Below, piece after piece: positions 18,601 through 27,196 of a DNA stretch of 64,000 bases; within the stretch, counting starts at the first letter, position 1; each line of letters starts with the position of its first letter. The DNA lies in NCBI GenBank assembly GCA_001724265.1, contig MEDY01000001.1, positions 62,001 through 126,000 of the forward strand, read 5' to 3'. The notes beneath the pieces are model-generated. The model was not told the DNA's origin. It was given only the letters and a program-made list of their open reading frames with translations, and did no database searches. This DNA is from Rhizaria sp. SCN 62-66. Its lineage: Eukaryota. A program made the position numbers and the translations under genes.

Positions 18601-21600
18601 CGGGGGCCGAGGCCGCGTGGCGCAGCGCCAGCAGCACGGGCGCCAGCGACGGCGCCGTCTCCCTCGAGCTGTGGCCGAGAGCGGTGCTGTTGTCGCCCGG
18701 CGTAGTCGCGGCGGCGGCGGCAACAGCGCGCTCGCGTTCGAGGCGGATGTACTCGATCTGCAGCGCCGCCGCCTGCAAATCCTCCGCCGCACCGCCAGCA
18801 GCACTGACGCCCGCACTGAGCGCGCTGAGCGGCACGGGCGGGTCACACGCGGCGTCGCCGGCGAGCGCGGCGGCGAGGCGCGCGAAGTCCGCCCCCGTGG
18901 CGCTGCCCACGCGGGGGTCGAAAAACTCCGGACGGTTCGCCCCCGCGGCGGGCGCGCTGGGCACGGGCGCGGCGTCGGCGGCCGAGACGCCGTCGCGGAG
19001 CAGCGCGATGGCGCTCGTGGCGAAGATGTGCACGACGCGGTCCGCCAGCGCCGGGTCCGCGCCCGTGGCGGCGGCGGCGAGCACACCAGGCGCGGCAGAG
19101 GCGAGTTGGAAGACGCGCCACACGGCCTCGTTGTCGGCGGCCTCGACGGCGTGTGCCAGAGCCAGCTCGAACGGGGCCAGCGCGGCGTCCACGCCAGGCG
19201 CCACGGAAAGCATCGCGGTGTCGCCACTGCCGCCCGGTAGGGTGCTATTGCTGTTGTTGTTGCTGTTGTTAGTTGCGGACACTACTGAGGGCGCAGACTG
19301 GCGCAGCATCGCAGCAGTGGCACGGGCGAGATGGCGTGCCGCAGCGGCCTCGGCCTCGGGCTTGCCCAGCGGCAGCGTGTCGCCGCCGCTGCCGCCACCG
19401 GCTGCCACGAGGGCAGAGCTGGCGGCGCTGCCCAGCTTGGCAATGTGCGCGGCCACGGCGGCGGAGGCGGCGGCGTCGAGCGCAGAGCGCCACTGCTGCG
19501 CCGTCGCGTCGGGCCCCAGTGCATCCGCCGCCTGCGTAAATTTGCTGAGCTCGTCAGAGGACATTTGCTGTTGCGACCGCGACGGCGCGGACTGGTTCGC
19601 CTCGGCGAGCGCGAGCGCCAGGCGCTGCGCCTCCGCGGCGGCGGCGAGCGGCGGCAGCGGTCCCCCGGGGGCGGCCGACGGGCCCGCAGCGCCCGCGGCG
19701 CGGTGCAGCGCCAGCGCATGCGCAGCGAGCGCAGTGAAGGCCGAGCCCCAGTGCCCGCGGCGCAGCGCGGCCTCAAGCAGCAGCGGCGTGCGCGCGCGAA
19801 GCGCGGTGGCGGCGGGCGCGGAGGCCGGGACGGCGACCGAGACGGCCCACAGCGACAGTAGCTGCGGCCACATCGCGGCGTCCGCGCACCGCGCCGCGGC
19901 GAGGCTGTGTGGCGTGACGGCGAGCGCGGCGTCGGGCGCGGTGTGGAGGGCCGCCAGGACGTCGGGTCGCGAGGGAAAAGTGGCGGCGAAGGCGGGCGGC
20001 ACGGCGGCGCGCGCGAGGGCCGTTGCGTACTCGACCACAGACGACGGCGAGGATGCGATCGCCGGCGCCAGCTCAGCGACCTCACGCACCGTAGCATTGG
20101 GACCGCTACTGCGTAAAGTGCGGAGAGTGACTGTGTGTCGGGTGAGGGACGCGGCGAGCACGCGCGCGCGCAGGGCAAGCGCGGCGGCGGACCGCGGCAT
20201 CACGGGCGCTGCTAGGTAGCCCTGCGCGGGGGACGCCGCGGGCAGGTGGCGCGGCGGGGCCGGCACGACTGCGCTGCTGTGCGAGAGCAGCGAGAGCGAC
20301 CGCTCCGACACGCCCGCGACGAACCCGGCGGCCGCGGAGACGAGCGCCGCGCGGGCGCCGTCGCGCGGGCGCACGCCGTCCATGAGCGTCTGTCGGTAGA
20401 TGCCCAGCTGCTGCGCGGGCGCGTGCTCGCGGGCGGCGACGGCACTCAGCAGCGCGTGCCACGACGGACTCGGCCGCATGCGGCGCAGCGCGTCGGGTCG
20501 CGCCGCCATGGGCGCGCGCGCGGCGTCGAGCAGGTCGGCGGCGTTTCGCACCACGAGGCGGTATCCGGCCTGCGCGGCGCTCTGCATGTGCCGCAGCCAC
20601 AGCGCGACGCCCGTGAAGAGCAGCGCGCGCGCGGCGGGGCCCGCGGCCAGCGCGGTCGTCAGGGCGGCGGCGCGCGCGGAGGGCATGTTGAGCGCGGTCA
20701 GGGCGGCCGGGAGCAGCGAGGCGACGCACGCGGCCTGGCCCGCGGCGACTGCAGCCGTGAGGGACGTGCGGAGCGCGCGCTGGTTGGCGTAGTAGCGGTG
20801 TGAGCACGGCGGCAGCCCCCAGATGGGGTCCGCAAACGCATTGCGCGCGGGCAGCGGGAGAGCGCCGCCCTCGGCGCTGCCGGCCACCGCAGCCTCGCTC
20901 GCGAGCGCGGCGGCGCGCGGCCCCAAGGCGGCGGCGTCGTCGCCCTCCGGCGCCCAGCCGCTGTGCGCGAGCGCGTAGGCGATGTTGTTGAGGTGCGGCA
21001 CGATGGGCTCGTTGTGCGGCGTCGCGGCGTTGGCGACGGCCATCAGTTCCTCAGACTCTTGCTCGAACGTCACGTCGGGGGACTCGCTGGGGGTCCACTT
21101 GATCAGCCCGGCGGCGGCGTCGGCGCGGAGCTGACTGGCGGTGCGGCGCGACACGCCGAGCATCCACTGCTGGCCCATGAGCAGCGGGCCTGCGAACGGC
21201 TTCGGGCGGTACCGCAGCGCCGCCAGGGCCGCGGGCACGTGCGGGAGCAAAGAGTCCACCGTGAGAATGCCGGTGTCGTCGGCGAGCGCGGCGCCCTCAG
21301 TCGTCGCAAGGCTGTCCACAACGGCATCGCCGCCCCCGCCGCCGCCACTGAGAGCGGCCTTGAAGCCGCCTGCCGCACTGACCGAAGCAACAGCAGCACA
21401 GTCGGCACCGGTGGCGATGAGATCCAACATATCCGCAGAAGCGGTCTGCAACTGCTGCTGCCGCTGAGCGTTGGTCGTCGCCGTCGCAGTTGCAGTGGCA
21501 GCGGCAGCTGGCGCGTTTGCGGCGAAGAAGGGCGCCGCGTAGCGCGTCATCGTTTGCACGTCGATGCTCCCACCCGCCATGACATCCGCGCGCATGGCCG

Positions 21601-24535
21601 TCGCGATCGCCGCGCTCGCGGACGCACTGAGCGCGCCGTCAACCGCGCTCTCCACGGCGGCAGCGCGCTCGACCAGGATGTCGACCTCGGCTGTGCGTCC
21701 GCGGCGCGAAGGCGTGATGAGATTCAAGTCGTCCAACAGCGAATCCTCGCCGGAGGGCATCCCGTAGCTCTCGGCGTCTGCGGCCGAGGCGGCGGCGGCG
21801 GCGGTCGCGGCGCGGCGGCGCGCGGCGCCCACCGCGGGCGTGACCGCCGAGACGTCGACCGCGGCCGCGAGCTCCGCCAGTTCGGCAGCGAGGCCGGCGG
21901 GCAAGGGCACGCCGTCGCTGTTGCAGCGGACGACGGGGCCGCACTCGCGCACGGCGGCGGGATCCAGCAGCGGCGACGCGCGCGGCAGCGGCGTGAGGTC
22001 GAGCGCGCGGTCACTCACCGCCAGCACGCTGCCGCGGCGTAGGAGCCACGGCAGCGGGGCTGCGGCGTTGGCCTCGGCAGTGAGCAGACACTGGCGCCAC
22101 TGGGCGTCCTCGCGCTCCGCCTCGGTCTGCGGGCCTCGCGCACGCCGGCGCCCGCCGCTGTAGCTTGCGTTGACGTCCCCGCCGCCTTGTCCGTGTTGTT
22201 GCAGGAAGAGCTGATGCGGGCTGGGGTCGCGCGGCGAGCGGCCCGCGGCGGTGCGCGCGGCCGCTAGCGCGGGGTCGTACCGCTGCGGCAGCGCGCGGCG
22301 CGCCTGGGGCGGCATGGCGAGCTGCGGGAAAACACCCAGCTCGGACAGCTGCGTGGAGAAGTACAGCGGCGCGGCGGCAAGAATGCGCGCGGCCTTGGCC
22401 AGCACGTGCGTGTTGAGGTTCACGCGCGCGCCCGACGAGAGAACCGCCACCCAGGGCGCCGCAACGTAGTCGAGACCGGCCAGGGCCTCGCGAGTCACGC
22501 TGCGCGGGGCGGCGGCCGACTCACCGCTCGCAGAGACAGAGTTGGACTGCTGCACAGTAGTGGAGTCGGTCACGCTTGCCGTCGCCTTGCCGTGCTTGCT
22601 ATTGTTGTTGTTGTGGTTGTGATTGTTACTGTGGCGGCCAGAGGCGTTCTTAGACTGGTGAGGCGCCCAGGGCATGTGTGCGGCGTCCTCGGGGCGTGGC
22701 GACGGGTCCAGTAACGCGACGACCGTGTCCGTATACACGGCGTCAGAATCGATGGCGTCGGCGTAGTCGATCAGATACAGCTTGTAGTCGACGGGCACCG
22801 AGTCGAGGTTGCGGACCACCCAGGCCAGCGTGAGCCGCAGTCGGTCGATGTAGTACGGCGCGACGACGCGGTTGAGCACCCACGCGAGCCGGCACTCGCG
22901 GGCCGCGCCTTCGACAAGGCGGGCGTACTCCTCGCCGCCCAGCGGGGCCGGCTGCAGCGCGGGCACCTCGGGCAGCGTTGCCAGCAGCCGCGCGACGGCG
23001 TTGTAGGCCGACTCGGGCGCCGACATGCGCTGCGAGTGGCGGCGCCACGCCATAGGCCGCGCGTGCGCGCCGACGTGTGCGATGTACGAGAGCACAATCT
23101 CGCGCGCGCAGGCGTTGAAGACGGCGTCCCACTCGGGCACGATGGCCTGGGTCTCGGGGTCAGCCCACACGCCAGCAGCCACAGGGCCCTCCTCCTCAGC
23201 AGTAGCGGACTCGGTCGCAGTATTAGCTGCAGACTCCGTGGTGACCGCAGTGTCCGCGCCGTCGCCCTCGGCTTCAGCAGATGGATTCTCGGCCGGAAGC
23301 TCGGCGGGGCGCGCGGCCTGCCGAGCCCACGCGTCGCCGTAGAGCGCGCGCAGCAGCGCGGCGGGGTCTGCAGTCTCCAGCGTTTGCGCCGACGCGGGGT
23401 GCACACGGGGCAGCAGGTGTGTGGCGGCCAGACCCAAACCGTGCCACGTGGGAGCGAAAGACGCGGACCGGCGGCGAAACGCTACAGAACCCAACGGCGC
23501 AGACGACGCTGCCGCCGCCGCCGCCGCCGCTGACGCTGATGATGCTGATGATGATGATGAGGTGGAGCCGAAAGCAAGGGGCCGGTGGCCCGAGGCTGCG
23601 GCAAGCGCGGCGGCGGCTGCGGCGGCGCGCGCGTGTGGCCCCGCCGCGGCCGACGCGCCCATGCGCGACAGCAGCGTTGCATACGCCGCGCGGAGACCCG
23701 TTGCGCGGCGCCGCATGGGGATCGAGTCGAGGAAGTCGAGCAGCGTGGCGAGCGCGGCGGGGAAGTCGCCCGTGCGCGCGGCGGCGGCCACGGCGGCGGC
23801 GACCTCGGCGGGCGGGCGCGACGCCGCGGGGAGGTACGGATGCGCAAACGTCGACGGCGCGGGGGCCGGGGCAGCGACGCGGTCGGCAGCAAGCAGCGCG
23901 GCTGCGGACGCAACCGCCGAAGAGGGTCCTGAGGCGACAGTGGACGCGGAGGCAGCGGCGGCGGTAATAGAGGAAGAGTTGCCGCCGACGCGCGCAAGGA
24001 GCGGGCGCGTGGCGCGCTCTTCACGGTCCCGTTGCTGCTGCAGCTGCTGCTGCTCCGCGATTGCCGCCTCGCGGGCTGCGGCCTGCGCGCGCAGCTGCGC
24101 GGGCGTAGGCGCGAGCGCGGACTCGGGCGTGTCGGACGACACCGCGGGGACGGACGCAAAGAGGTCGTCCAGCTCGTGCGCGGAGCCCAGCGCGAGGACC
24201 GCGGCGCCGGCGTCGGCGTCGGGGTCCGCGGGGCCTGCGAGCGCGGACGCCATGTTGAAGCGGACGCGGGAGAGCTTGCGGTCGGCGCGGTGCATGCCGC
24301 GATACGCGCGATAAGGGCCAGGCGTCGCCACGGCCGTCGCAGCGCCGGTGCGCGCGACAGCAGAGGAGAGAGATGACGAGGGGGGACGCGCAGGACCGAT
24401 TACTGTTGTCGTTAAGATTCCCACTGCTGCTGCTGCGGTCAGTGTGTTAGGGGCCGTGCCAAGAAGCGTGCTGGTCGTGAGGTCGGCGAGCATGCTGCGG
24501 CGCACAAGGGCCGCCGCCTGGCGAGAGGTCGCCAT
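15677..24535 (-). CDS. Very large Ala-rich protein (2952 aa), probably organelle-targeted, with scattered degenerate PPR-like helical repeats
   Basis: Uninterrupted 8.9-kb ORF bounded by AT-rich spacers. N-terminus is R/S/T/A-rich and almost acid-free. PPR-like segments include PSWHALLSAVAARE..LGIYRQTLMDGVRP and LFVALAMVFARAGDVPAV. Stop TAA. The gene is well supported; the product is tentative. Confidence 0.7.
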   Translation of the reverse strand: MATSRQAAALVRRSMLADLTTSTLLGTAPNTLTAAAAVGILTTTVIGPARPPSSSLSSAVARTGAATAVATPGPYRAYRGMHRADRKLSRVRFNMASALAGPADPDADAGAAVLALGSAHELDDLFASVPAVSSDTPESALAPTPAQLRAQAAAREAAIAEQQQLQQQRDREERATRPLLARVGGNSSSITAAAASASTVASGPSSAVASAAALLAADRVAAPAPAPSTFAHPYLPAASRPPAEVAAAVAAAARTGDFPAALATLLDFLDSIPMRRRATGLRAAYATLLSRMGASAAAGPHARAAAAAAALAAASGHRPLAFGSTSSSSSASSASAAAAAAAASSAPLGSVAFRRRSASFAPTWHGLGLAATHLLPRVHPASAQTLETADPAALLRALYGDAWARQAARPAELPAENPSAEAEGDGADTAVTTESAANTATESATAEEEGPVAAGVWADPETQAIVPEWDAVFNACAREIVLSYIAHVGAHARPMAWRRHSQRMSAPESAYNAVARLLATLPEVPALQPAPLGGEEYARLVEGAARECRLAWVLNRVVAPYYIDRLRLTLAWVVRNLDSVPVDYKLYLIDYADAIDSDAVYTDTVVALLDPSPRPEDAAHMPWAPHQSKNASGRHSNNHNHNNNNSKHGKATASVTDSTTVQQSNSVSASGESAAAPRSVTREALAGLDYVAAPWVAVLSSGARVNLNTHVLAKAARILAAAPLYFSTQLSELGVFPQLAMPPQARRALPQRYDPALAAARTAAGRSPRDPSPHQLFLQQHGQGGGDVNASYSGGRRRARGPQTEAEREDAQWRQCLLTAEANAAAPLPWLLRRGSVLAVSDRALDLTPLPRASPLLDPAAVRECGPVVRCNSDGVPLPAGLAAELAELAAAVDVSAVTPAVGAARRRAATAAAAASAADAESYGMPSGEDSLLDDLNLITPSRRGRTAEVDILVERAAAVESAVDGALSASASAAIATAMRADVMAGGSIDVQTMTRYAAPFFAANAPAAAATATATATTNAQRQQQLQTASADMLDLIATGADCAAVASVSAAGGFKAALSGGGGGGDAVVDSLATTEGAALADDTGILTVDSLLPHVPAALAALRYRPKPFAGPLLMGQQWMLGVSRRTASQLRADAAAGLIKWTPSESPDVTFEQESEELMAVANAATPHNEPIVPHLNNIAYALAHSGWAPEGDDAAALGPRAAALASEAAVAGSAEGGALPLPARNAFADPIWGLPPCSHRYYANQRALRTSLTAAVAAGQAACVASLLPAALTALNMPSARAAALTTALAAGPAARALLFTGVALWLRHMQSAAQAGYRLVVRNAADLLDAARAPMAARPDALRRMRPSPSWHALLSAVAAREHAPAQQLGIYRQTLMDGVRPRDGARAALVSAAAGFVAGVSERSLSLLSHSSAVVPAPPRHLPAASPAQGYLAAPVMPRSAAALALRARVLAASLTRHTVTLRTLRSSGPNATVREVAELAPAIASSPSSVVEYATALARAAVPPAFAATFPSRPDVLAALHTAPDAALAVTPHSLAAARCADAAMWPQLLSLWAVSVAVPASAPAATALRARTPLLLEAALRRGHWGSAFTALAAHALALHRAAGAAGPSAAPGGPLPPLAAAAEAQRLALALAEANQSAPSRSQQQMSSDELSKFTQAADALGPDATAQQWRSALDAAASAAVAAHIAKLGSAASSALVAAGGGSGGDTLPLGKPEAEAAAARHLARATAAMLRQSAPSVVSATNNSNNNSNSTLPGGSGDTAMLSVAPGVDAALAPFELALAHAVEAADNEAVWRVFQLASAAPGVLAAAATGADPALADRVVHIFATSAIALLRDGVSAADAAPVPSAPAAGANRPEFFDPRVGSATGADFARLAAALAGDAACDPPVPLSALSAGVSAAGGAAEDLQAAALQIEYIRLERERAVAAAAATTPGDNSTALGHSSRETAPSLAPVLLALRHAASAPGDLPAHGGPVTSLDAVARRTAATAPAPSAALSALRATVVIQALFALAPLPAAAAAGAAAGTAAMAAGTGGQRAASLSPSLFVALAMVFARAGDVPAVHRVQALAAAHGLSAAVAAWMPALTVSAYLRAAQIFSQLSDAAASDSAAGTGSSESDNAAGAVGGAVSVVPAVVAESVLGASDVAGDGAAAVSAVASALRDFLPTLEAARYDTDSVSTTAAAAVTGVPGGAGAGAASGVSLGMDYVQPLMPAPVWGAAGPSSFRVAADAATEHAEALLRKRERQEQLVETLTRNATSDPASFAAISAAARRAAPTGAELADSSLAATGHPGMRKGFALHQHRPRPQRVDGDRPLVEQLDVYRGASRFAEEADADAADDRARARALSAAQAARAPPGLAFAGLLTAPIGAGAGGSGGSGSVPVLHCSFRADLRGNALINAALADVAAAHKHYLASLEAEAAARAALAAAASPLALGAADQWVRTARSLLSAPVPGALPLPSTAPAASGAGTAFGNENTPPVSVGTSAAALVVRLCLTAGAGARELRTVTAALIAHEDAVVAAADAAALRPAAHAAAAAVSVTARDSAMASAVAAVAAATGPLGRAAAARATQMQLSTVMALAQQCAREAETGGLQPLTGAAALGRQAFELFARSAFAVASDTDAVSGAGTGSAVESAVPVAPAAVLLQAFARANSPATAAALAAAHAGALPLRDGDPLEALLLSLPAFSAQNAISTRLSSLEDPAAVARVSAAAAASAPGSEARCELETTLRRQCLQEAVALNTALVAAGGGEAGGNDWREDAVVTWAHMLLRSLVFPRDAPETVATAAGASALSFARLRRCGLAGLETAAAVANANGSVGASVVGERRALQQHCASDAAAARRDALVARVYGDGVRAGSALTPVQAVHVKVFVDYLLASTAVDARQEAVTYTDADNADEEAVAAVDETVVDDAAAAASAAAVAAVNAEALSVEVDRNM

Positions 24536-25438
24536 AACGCTTGCTTTGACAGTGTGTGCACGCGGGCTTCGGCTAGCGTTGGTCGAAGCGAGAGGAGAGA
24601 GATCGAAGAGAGCGAGTGCTGTGGGGCAAGAGAATGGCGTGATAAAGGCTATACAGTGAGTTGATAGATTTTAATTAAAGCAGCACGTCTCAGACTAAAG
24701 GTAATTCCAGATGAGATCAAAATAATGCTATTATTTGATCGATATATCGCTGTGCACGCTTCGGAATGCGGTCCCTCGATTTGCCCTCTTGCACGCCGCC
24801 GCAACCAGCGGTGACCAGATAGTTGTCACATGCTGAGGGTAAGTAATGACAAACGATATATGACGACTATCTTGATGCACAGGGCGCGATATAGAAAAAA
24901 AATTAATGACTTTGTTTATTGGTCTAAAAATAAATTGCACAGTTGATAAGGTCCACCCCTCTTTGTTGGGAGCAGCATCTTGCAAAACAGAAAAATCAAA
25001 CCCAATCGTAAACTGCTACAAGTAACTTAGAGAGCAGAAGCAAGCACATGCTGCCACAGCATTCAAAGTGAAGACACCAGTGACAGCCCCCCTGCCTGTC
25101 GTCGTGGCTGCTCAGCTTTAGACAGAGACACGCAGTGCACAGTGCATGTTACGCTCTCTCGCGCCACTGATCACACGTTGTGGTTGCGGCAAGTGCTTGC
25201 TGGCGAAATACTTGTCAGCTTGTTTGTTGTTATTAACAATAAGTTGTTGTTGTTGTTGTTGCTGTCGCAATCGCTCTTGTGGGGTGTTTTCGCACTCTAA
25301 AGCTGCCGTTGTTTCTATACACTGCAACTTGCAACTGCTTCAGCTGTCTCAATATCACTGCCCTGTCACTGTCCAATGCACAGCGGTAGTGTGCGCAGTC
25401 CAATGCTCAGAACAGTTCTTCCACCACCGCTACATTGC

Positions 25439-26689
25439 TTACCACTTGAGGTTCTGGTGCGAGCACGTCTCGAGGTCGTGCTTCATCATGTCCTCCACAA
25501 GCTCGTCGAGCGTGACCTTGGGGGTCCAGCCCAGCTCGCGCTTAGCCTTGGCGGCGTCGCCCAGCAGCAGGTCGACCTCGGTGGGACGGAAGTAGCGCGG
25601 GTCGACGCGTACAACAACGGCTAGATATATATACACACGCAAATGAGCCGTGTCAGCAGGGAAACAGAAGATAGAGTGATAGAGTGAGCGAAAAGATGGG
25701 AGCAGAGCAAAACGATTTACATTGCGTGCGAGCAAAGATATCGTAAAGATATGCGAGATATTGAGTGGACGATATAGATACGTACCGCCGGTGGCAGCGT
25801 TTAGGCCGATCTCCTTCTCGCCCTCGCCCTCCCACTTGATGTCGACGCCGACGTACTTGAAGCACTTCTCCACAAAGACGCGCACCGACGTGGTCTCGTT
25901 GGTGGCGAGCACGAAGTCGTCGGGCTTCTCGTTCTGGGCAATGAGCCACATGCCCTCAACGTAGTCGCGCGCGTGGCCCCAGTCGCGCTTGGCGTCGAGG
26001 TTGCCCAGGTAGAGGCACTCCTGCATCTTGTGGTGGATGCGGGACACGGCCATCGTCGTCTTGCGGGTCACGAAGGTCGGGCCGCGGCGGGGCGACTCGT
26101 GGTTGAACAGGATGCCGTTCGAGGCGTGGATGCCGTACGCCTCGCGGTAGTTGACCACGATCCAGAACGCGTACTGCTTGGCGACGGCGTAGGGGGAGCG
26201 CGGGTAGAACGGGGTCGTCTCGGTCTGGGGCGTCTCGCGGACCTTGCCGTAGAGCTCAGAGGTCGAGGCTTGGTAAAAGCGGACAGTGTTGGTCAGGCCG
26301 CAGGTGCGAAGCGCGTCGAGCAGGCGCAGCGTGCCGACGGCGTCGACCTCAGCCGTGTACTCGGGGGTCTCGAACGACACGGCGACGTGAGATTGCGCAC
26401 CGAGGTTGTAGACTTCGTCGGGGCGCACCTTGCCGCAGATAGCGACCAGGCACGAGGTGTCGGTGAGGTCGCCGTAGTGCAGGAAAAGACGCACACCAGT
26501 CTCGTGGCGGTCGCGGTAGATGTGCTCGATGCGGCCCGTGTTGAAGGAGCTGGAGCGGCGGATGATGCCGTGCACCTCGTAGCCCTTTTCGAGCAGGAAC
26601 TCGGCCAGGTATGAGCCGTCCTGGCCCGTAATACCGGTGATAAGCGCCTTCTTAATAGGCGTAGAAGTCTCCTGCGCAGCAGTAGCCAT
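25439..26689 (-). CDS. GMDS: GDP-mannose 4,6-dehydratase; two exons 26689-25786 and 25620-25439 (~361 aa)
   Basis: [107 protein letters not shown]. Start ATG 26689, stop TAA. Confidence 0.97.
   Translation of the reverse strand: MATAAQETSTPIKKALITGITGQDGSYLAEFLLEKGYEVHGIIRRSSSFNTGRIEHIYRDRHETGVRLFLHYGDLTDTSCLVAICGKVRPDEVYNLGAQSHVAVSFETPEYTAEVDAVGTLRLLDALRTCGLTNTVRFYQASTSELYGKVRETPQTETTPFYPRSPYAVAKQYAFWIVVNYREAYGIHASNGILFNHESPRRGPTFVTRKTTMAVSRIHHKMQECLYLGNLDAKRDWGHARDYVEGMWLIAQNEKPDDFVLATNETTSVRVFVEKCFKYVGVDIKWEGEGEKEIGLNAATGGTYLYRPLNISHIFTISLLARNVNRFALLPSFRSLYHSIFCFPADTAHLRVYIYLAVVVRVDPRYFRPTEVDLLLGDAAKAKRELGWTPKVTLDELVEDMMKHDLETCSHQNLKW
25621..25785 (-). other. Spliceosomal intron (165 nt, 3n, no in-frame stop) in GMDS
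   Basis: GTACGT donor at 25785, CTGAC branch-like motif about 30 nt before the end, ATCTAG acceptor at 25621, AT-rich body. Removal gives [20 protein letters not shown], matching normal GMD spacing. Confidence 0.9.
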
Positions 26690-27196
26690 TGGATTCACGT
26701 AAAAGCGAGTTCGCGACGGCTTTCTTCGACGATGAAACTCTATTAGCACCCACGTCTTCAAACCCCGTGCCTGCTTGCCGCAGTCAAAAATCGAATCAAA
26801 AATCGGCGACGCGTCGAGGGGTCCCGGTTCCGAAAAATCGAGATGATGGCGGCTGGCCGATCTCTCGAAATCAATGCAGTGTGAGACTTCCCATCGTCAC
26901 AGATGCATATTATAGGCTAGATACGATTTGATATTGCATTTTGTATATTTTTTATATTTTATATACGCATAGAGACATGATCTTGGTCTCCGTCTGACGT
27001 GTCCTTTCAGCTCTCCTGTACCAGTCCACTATCACGAATCATCGCTCTAAGATTGCTAAGACAGCGAGAAGCATGCGCTCTTATTGAAAACAACGAAGTT
27101 TTGCAGCACCTAACCACAATTTCCGTCTACACTAACTTGTTTTGGTTCGTTCAGCGTCGCTTTTCCCTTTAACTATATGCCTTGGTGGACGGCTTG

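Noticed and set aside
26690-26761. N-terminal extension of the GMDS ORF in the track
   Set aside because: Non-ATG start; ATG 26689 gives a normal-length enzyme.
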